Below, piece by piece: positions 54,596 to 64,000 of a stretch of 64,000 nucleotides of DNA (the first letter of the stretch is position 1; the number at the start of each line of letters is the position of its first letter). Location of the stretch: the NCBI RefSeq assembly GCF_009914755.1, contig NC_060944.1. The stretch is one strand, 5' to 3'. The DNA comes from the human T2T-CHM13v2.0 reference genome, Homo sapiens. Below the pieces are notes generated by a model. It searched no databases. It saw nothing but the letters and a program-made list of their open reading frames with translations, and had not been told where the DNA came from. A program made the position numbers and the translations under genes.

Positions 54596-55247
54596 TGAGT
54601 AGCTGGGATTACAGGCATGAGCCACCACGCCCGGCTAATTTTGTATTTTTAGTAGAGATGGGGTTTCTCCATGTTAGTCAGGCTGGTCTCGAACTCCCAA
54701 CCTCAGGTGATCCACCCGCCTCGGCCTCCCAAAGTGCTGGGATTAACAGGCGTGAGCCACCGCTCACTTAATCTCTTTTTTCCCAAGGCAGCTCCTCAGC
54801 CTTTCTTTGTCTTTCACAACATTGACGTTTTTTGAAGAGTACAGGCCAGTTGTTTTGTTGAATGCCCTCCAGTTTTTTTCCTGATGTTTCCTCATAATTA
54901 CATTTGGGATATGCACTTTCGGCAGAACCACAGAAGCAGCATGTGTCTTGTTTGGTGCAAGGTGTCATGAAGCACATGAGGTCGGCTCATCCCAGACTGA
55001 CATCAACTTTGACTGCTTGGTTAAGGTGGGGCCCACTAGGTCCCTCCTTGCTGAAGTTCCTCTTTTTCCCTTTGCGCTCAATCTGTATCTTGTGAAGAGA
55101 TACTTGAAGACCATGTGATGCCTCCGAGTATCTCCTCACAAGATACGGAAAGGACCATGTGATCCTATGATGCCTCAAACTTCCATCCACAAGTTTCATC
55201 CCTTTCAGGTTCTTTTTGCCTAAATCAATTACATTTTACGATGGTAG

Positions 55248-55475
<228 letters not shown>

Positions 55476-55902
55476 TAGCCAAGATGGTCTCGATCTCCTG
55501 ACCTTGGGATCCGCCCGCCTCGGCCTCCCAAAGTGCTGGGATTACAGGCGTGAGCCACTGCGCCCGGCCCAAACGGTGATTTTCTAACCCCATCATTCCT
55601 TCTACTTTACTGGCTGGCTTTCTCCTGCAGGACTTCCCCTCTGTCGGGGCAGCAGCTTAGAGCTGTGGGTTGGGAGAAATGGGGCCAGGAGCAGCAGGAT
55701 CTGGCCAGGCCATTAGATCCTCCCCGGGGATTTTCTTTAAAACAAGTCCAGGAAATAAACTGGCTATAAAGCCAGTCTCCATGCAAGTGTCAAGGCAGGC
55801 AGGTCTGGGGCCAAGGCCATCTCTGGGCACATCTGGGCTGCATTAGTGACCTGTTGGCTACTTATGGGTATCCTCTGAGCTGGGATGAGGGTCTCCTGGT
55901 AG

Positions 55903-56097
<195 letters not shown>

Positions 56098-56503
56098 TAA
56101 ACACACACGCCATCATACCTGCCTAATTTTTGTGTTTTTTGCAGAGATGTAGTTTCGTCATGCTGCCCAGGCTGGTCTTGAACTCCTGGACTCAACCTAT
56201 CCTCCCACCTCAGCTTCCCAAAGTGCCGGGATTACAGTCATGAGCCGCTACACCTGCCCAAATTGTCAGTTTCATAAATATCACAGGAACGTATTCCCTC
56301 CTTTAAAAGAGTGAGAAGGTGACATGTGAAGCTCCAGTGGCATGTGATCAACACTCTCTATCCTTATGCCTTTACTGTCCCCAGCATGACGCCATGGAGA
56401 TCTTGGTTTACATCTTTGTCAGTTAAAAAAATTAGCAACTGGCCGGGCGTGGTGGCTCACGCCTATAATCCCAGCACTTTGGGAGGCCGAGGTGGGTGGA
56501 TCA

Positions 56504-56980
<477 letters not shown>

Positions 56981-57387
56981 TCACCATGTTGGCAAGGCTG
57001 GTCTTGAACTCCTGACCTCAGGTGATCCACCTGCCTCAGCCTCACAAAGTGCTGGGATTATAGATGTGAGCCACTGCACCCAGCAAAAAAAAAAAGAGCA
57101 AATATATTTCCATGCATACATGGCTCCGTCTCACTTACCTGGTTCCACAAGGGCCTCCACCACCTCTGCCTCATCCCTTTCCCCGCCCCCCTCACTCCTT
57201 CCAGCCACACCAGGCTCCCTGCCCCCTCAGGGCCTTTGCACTGCCACTCCTTCTGCCAGGAGCACTACCCTAGAGAGCCACATGGCCACTCACCTCCCAT
57301 CCCTCTCCCTTTCATTCCAACCCCTTTCCCTGTTATTTTCTCCATCTGACAAAACACTCATTTCCCTGTTCAGAGTTTCTCTGTTGA

Positions 57388-57638
<251 letters not shown>

Positions 57639-57903
57639 TAGGCTGGTCTTGAACTCCTGACCTCATGATCCGCCCGCCTCGGCCTCCCAAAGTGCTGGGA
57701 TTACAGGCATGAGCCACCATGCCCAGCCATGCAGGTGGAAATTTTGTCTTCTTCATTCACTGTGCAGTGATCCCTGGAGTCCCTTTCACATGTGGGAGGC
57801 ACACGCTCCGGGAAACATTGCTGAAGGAATGATGAGTGAGTTGATATGTGCCTGTCAGAAACACCGTGTGGTCACCATTTTTTTTTTTTTTTTTTTGAGA
57901 TGA

Positions 57904-58095
<192 letters not shown>

Positions 58096-58205
58096 TGACC
58101 TCGAACTCCTGACCTCAGGTAATCCACCTGCCTCAGCCTCCCAAAGTGCTGGGATTACAGGCGTGAGCCACTGCGCCCAGCATTTTTTTTTTTTTTTTTT
58201 TTTGA

Positions 58206-58504
<299 letters not shown>

Positions 58505-58554
58505 TGAGTTTGTTTGGTTAGACTTCCTTCTGCTGTGAAACCCACAGTTGGGTG

Positions 58555-59185
58555 ATATATTAGTTTCCTAGGGCTGCCCCCACCAAATTCCCATGAACTT
58601 GGTGGGAAGAGCAGAAGTTTATTCCTTCATGGTCCCAGAGGCCAGAAGCAGGACATCAAGGCATCCACAGGGCTGTGTTTCCTCCACAGACTGTAGGGTA
58701 GACTCCTTCCTTGTCTCTTCTCTGTGTCTTTGTTTCTCTTTTTTTTTTTTTCAAGATGGAGTCTCACTCTTTCGCCCAGGCTGCTCACTGCAACCTCTGC
58801 CTCCTACTTCAAGCGATTCTCCTGCCTCAGCCTACAGAGCAGCTGGGATTACAGGCATGTGCCACCACACCCGGCTAATTTTTGTATTTTTAGTAGAGAG
58901 AGGGTTTCACCATGTTGGCCAGGCCGGTCTTGAACTCCTGACCTCAGGTGATCTGTCCGCCTCGGCCTCCCAAAGTGCTGGGATTACAGGCGTGAGCCAC
59001 TGCGACTGGTTAGCCGTCTCTGTTTCTCTTAAGACACCAGTCATTGGATGTAGGGGCCACCCTAATCCAGGATTATCTAATCTTTACTTGATTGCATCCA
59101 CAAAGATCCTATTTCCAGATAAGGTCACATTCCCAAGTCCTGGGAATTGACTTGAACATATCTCTGGGTTCTACAATTCAACCCC
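58555..59185 (-). mobile_element. MLT1 (ERVL-MaLR) LTR with an Alu inserted
   Basis: tatattagtttcctagggctgc ... ttccagataaggtcacattc ... caattcaaccc. Confidence 0.65.
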
Positions 59186-60039
59186 AGGTGTACTGGTGGC
59201 TACAACCAAAGGCTTGGCAAGGCTTTCTCAGGGTCTGGAATGAATCCAGGTGCACTTATCTGTTTATTTATTTGGAGGTCGGTGGGGGGGGGGGGGTCTC
59301 ACGCTGTCGCCCAGGTGGAAGTGCAGTGGTGCAATCACAGCTCACTGTAGCCTTAAGCAGATCCAGGAAGTTTTTATTATTCACTCACCAAACCCTGCAG
59401 GAGGGTCAGGAAGGTGGCCTGGAGGAGGGGACCCTTAGGAGGAGACTTGGGAGGTGAGTAGGATTTTGCCTCTGTGGCTCCAGGAAGAGAGAGAGAGCCC
59501 TAGGTCAAAGCTCCACCAAGCCCTGATTGCAGAGGTTACTGCATGAGCAGGTACCCCAGGGTTGGGTGACAGCCACAGAGGGAGAGGTCGGCTTGCATCA
59601 GGGCCAGGCCATGCGGGCCTCGGAGTGGGGAACTACAGATTTATCCTGAGGGCAATGGGGAGCCATGGGAGGGGCTGGCAGGGAGGGGACTGAGTGGGTT
59701 TACTCTTTGGAAAGATCCCTGGGGCCACTGTGATGGGAGCAGGTCTGGCAGCAGGAAGAGCAGTTGAGGAGGTGGCCACGGCCCCGTGATGGTGGCAGAT
59801 GAGGCAGGGGTGCTGTTTGGCGACACATGAATGAGCAGACTGAGGGAGGAGACAAGGATGATGCCGGGACAGGATTTTTCGCCAAGTGAGGGAAATAAGG
59901 ACCCAGGGAGGCAAAGAGCAAACACTCAGGCAAATAATAATGACGATGATGGTAACAGAAACACTTCATTCCAGTTCACTACCTGTTTTGCACGGATTAT
60001 TTAATTTAATCATCACAACAGCCTGAGGCAATGTGGGTA

Positions 60040-60230
60040 TAAGAGAAGGTCCTATAGAGTTTAGGGGCTCTAGAGTCAAACTTCCTGGGTTCAGTCTCTG
60101 CTCCATTGCCTACCTCCTGTGTGACCTAGAGCAAGTTGTTCAACCTCTCTGAGTGTCCATTTTCTTATCTGACAAGCAGCCTCTCCTTCCTGGGGTTGTT
60201 GTACAGATTCAGTGAGTAAATCCTTGTAAA
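60040..60230 (+). mobile_element. MIR SINE
   Basis: ctgggttc..ctcc..cctgtgtgacct.gagcaagtt..aacctctctg core; other MIRs at about 2640-2790, 26970-27300, 31780-31860, 46420-46520 and 49090-49200. Confidence 0.7.
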
Positions 60231-61562
60231 TTGGCCGGCACGGTGGCTCACGCCTGTAATCCCGGCATTTTGGGAGGCCGAGGTGGGCGGATTACCTGAG
60301 GTAGGGAGTTCAAGACCAACCTGACCAAAATGAAGAAACCCCATCTCTACTAAAAATACAAAATTAGCTGGGTGTGGTGGCACATGCCTGTAATCTCAGC
60401 TGTTCAGGAGGCTGAGGCAGGAGAATCGCTTGAACCCAGGAGGCGGTGGTTGCGGTGAGCTGAGATCGTGCCATTGCACTCTAGCCTGGGCAACAAGAGA
60501 GAAACTCTGTCTCAAAAAAAAAAAAAAAAGAAAAAAAGAAAAAAAAAACTTGTAAATTGCTTGCCCTCGGGCCTGGAAGAGTAAGCTTTAGTAAACAGTG
60601 GCTGTAACTATGCCCATTTTACGGATATGAAGAAAGGGAGAGTAGTGAAGCTTTCCAAGTTCATCTAGAGGATAATCCTACGGTTTCAGGCACTCTGCGT
60701 CTCTTACCAAAGTCTGGGGACCTGAGCTGGCCTGCAGATCCCAGGGTCTGGCATCCTGTTTCATCCCCTGGAATCCTGAGTGCCAGGGCTGGGCAGCCCA
60801 GACCTGGAGGAGCCGGGACACTTGCCGTGCACACTTCCTCTCTGGGTACAACCTGGAAGGTCCTCAGGCTAGGGGACGCAGGGCACCAAACTCAATTCTA
60901 TTTAGCTGGAGCTATGGCCTGAAATAAAAGCTTAAATGGGGCTGAAAAGGTAGCAGCAAGGAGAAATGAAACCCATGTGTCACTCATGGGGGCCCTCGGG
61001 ACGGGGATCCCTCAGAGAAACTCATCTTTACCCCAGGGAAAGACCCAGCGCTGGGCACGGGGCTTTCCCAAGGCTGTCAATCTTCTGCTTGCAGTTACAA
61101 ATGCCACCAATGTCTCACTTTGTGACCCAGGATGAGTCCTTGCCTTCTCCAGCTTCACTTTGCAGGTCACCAAAATGTGCTTAACTTTTGACCCAATAAT
61201 AAAATAAAAAGCACTTTAACACACACATTTTACCCAGCACGTTTCAGTAGAGCAAACACCATCAACAATCTACATGCCCAGCACAAGTGGATTGTATATG
61301 TTACCTGGAGTCCTGGTGTGTTCTGAAAACTTTGCAATTATAGATGATTATACAATCCCTAAAATATACATGGTATGTATATTTTTCTCTATTTTTTTTT
61401 TCTTTTTTTTTTGGAGACAGGGTCTTGCTCTGTCATGCAGGACGGAGTGCAATGGTGAGATCTCGGCTCACTGCAACCTTGACCTCTCGGGCTCAAGTGA
61501 CCTTCCCATCTCAGCCTCCTTAGTAGCTGCGACTACAGGTGCATGCCACCACGCCTCACTAA

Positions 61563-62239
<677 letters not shown>

Positions 62240-62616
62240 TGAGCCACAGTGCCCGGCCCCAAAATGTTTCTTGAACAATTAAATGAATGAACGAATAAGC
62301 GGTCAGTACTCAGTGAATATTTGTTGACAGAAAGGAAAGGAGAAAAAGAAAGGAAAAAAGGAAGGATCTGGAAGGTTTGTACCCACAGTCACAGTGATTT
62401 TCTGGGAGAGGAGGCTGAGGCAATGGCGAGGAGGAGGGCATTTCCTGTTAGGTAATGTTTAACCTCTTCTGCGTCTGTATTATGATAGCTTCCCCTAAGG
62501 GAGCATCTTTTAGTTCACAAGCAAGCAGTCAATAGTCCCACGGACAAACTCGATTGTCACACATCGCCTTGAGAAGGTGCTGACAGGCAGAAAAAGCAGT
62601 TTGCCAAGCAGCCTGA

Positions 62617-62820
<204 letters not shown>

Positions 62821-63499
62821 TAGAGATGAGGTTTCACCATGGTGCTCAGCTGGTCTTGAACTCCTGAGCTCAGGCGATCCACATACCTCAGCTTCCCAAA
62901 GTGCTGGGATTGCAGGCGTGAGCCACTGCGCTTGGCCAAGGCCCCATTTCTGTAAAATTTTACCTCTAGCTTTACCCATCCTTGCCTTCACACAGAGGGA
63001 AGCGCCTGTCTGCCCTGGGGGTCAACAGTGGTTCTGTCTGGATAGTGGGGTGGCTGGGGTTAAGTTTTCTTTTTTATAGGTCTCTGAATTTCTGTAATGA
63101 GCATGCACCAGGCATGGGTTTTGGGTTTTTACAGGCTCACACCTTTAACTCCAGCACTTTGGGAGGCTCAGGCAGGAGGATCCCTTAAGGCTAGGAGTTC
63201 AAGGCCAGCCTGGGCAACATAATGGGACCCCACCTCTACAAAAAGTAGTAACAGTAAGGAGTATGTATTTTTCTTTTTAAACAGAAACACACACACACAG
63301 GAAAAACATGCAACACTTGGCAATGTTCCGGGACCTAGGGGGTCTGGCACTCTGCAGTCATGGCCACCCTGTCAATCTTGAGGGCCATGGAGTGACATTT
63401 GGGTGCCCTGTGGTGCCCACCCTGAGCACTGCCAGTGAACTGAATCCATCCTCCACCTCAGTATCTATGGACAGCTCATTCTTCAACTCTGGGGGGCCG

Positions 63500-63565
63500 A
63501 TATTCACCAAGACCACGAATATTCACCCAGACCACGAATCTTCACCAAGACCACAAATCTTCACC
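63500..63565. repeat. 19-bp minisatellite, about 3.4 copies
   Basis: at(a/c)ttcacc(a/c)agaccac(g/a)a repeated. Confidence 0.9.
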
Positions 63566-63747
63566 TTGCAGGTACTCACTGCTGTGACTCAATCATTCCA
63601 GGGAATGAGCTGCATGGGGTGACAGCCCCTTCGAGAGAGTCAGGGACTGAGCTCAGAAAAGACAAAGGACTTGTCCAAGAATGCACAGCCATTAGGTAAG
63701 TGGTGGCACCAGGTTTTTTTTTTTTTTTCTTTTTCTTTTTTCCTTGA

Positions 63748-63975
<228 letters not shown>

Positions 63976-64000
63976 TGAGACAGGAGGATCACGTGAGGTC

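Noticed and set aside
63500-63565. CRISPR-like appearance of short repeats
   Set aside because: Tandem units without unique spacers in primate DNA; an ordinary minisatellite.

Overview
Hominid (human or great-ape) genomic DNA, syntenic with human 20q13.13. On the + strand it holds the 3' part of RNF114 (coding exons 2-6 and 3'UTR; exon 1 lies upstream of the window), a processed KRT18 pseudogene, a collapsed ERV1 (MER65-like) provirus riddled with Alus, a U6 snRNA retrocopy, a small CpG island with a consensus CTCF site, and the complete three-exon SNAI1 gene with its CpG-island promoter. The rest is very Alu-dense, with MIR, L2, L1M, MLT and MER fragments, and most ORF-track entries are Alu or antisense artefacts. 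The most unusual structure is a non-Alu 84-bp inverted copy of RNF114 intron-4 sequence inserted into intron 5 between two identical 24-bp direct repeats. Donor and copy bracket the in-frame 108-nt exon 5 and could pair as a long RNA duplex. Nearby are a perfect 26-bp-arm palindrome, other template-switch-like scars, a rare GAG splice acceptor and a very young AluYg6-type insertion. Repeat-family names and comparisons to the human reference are from memory and were not checked by alignment.
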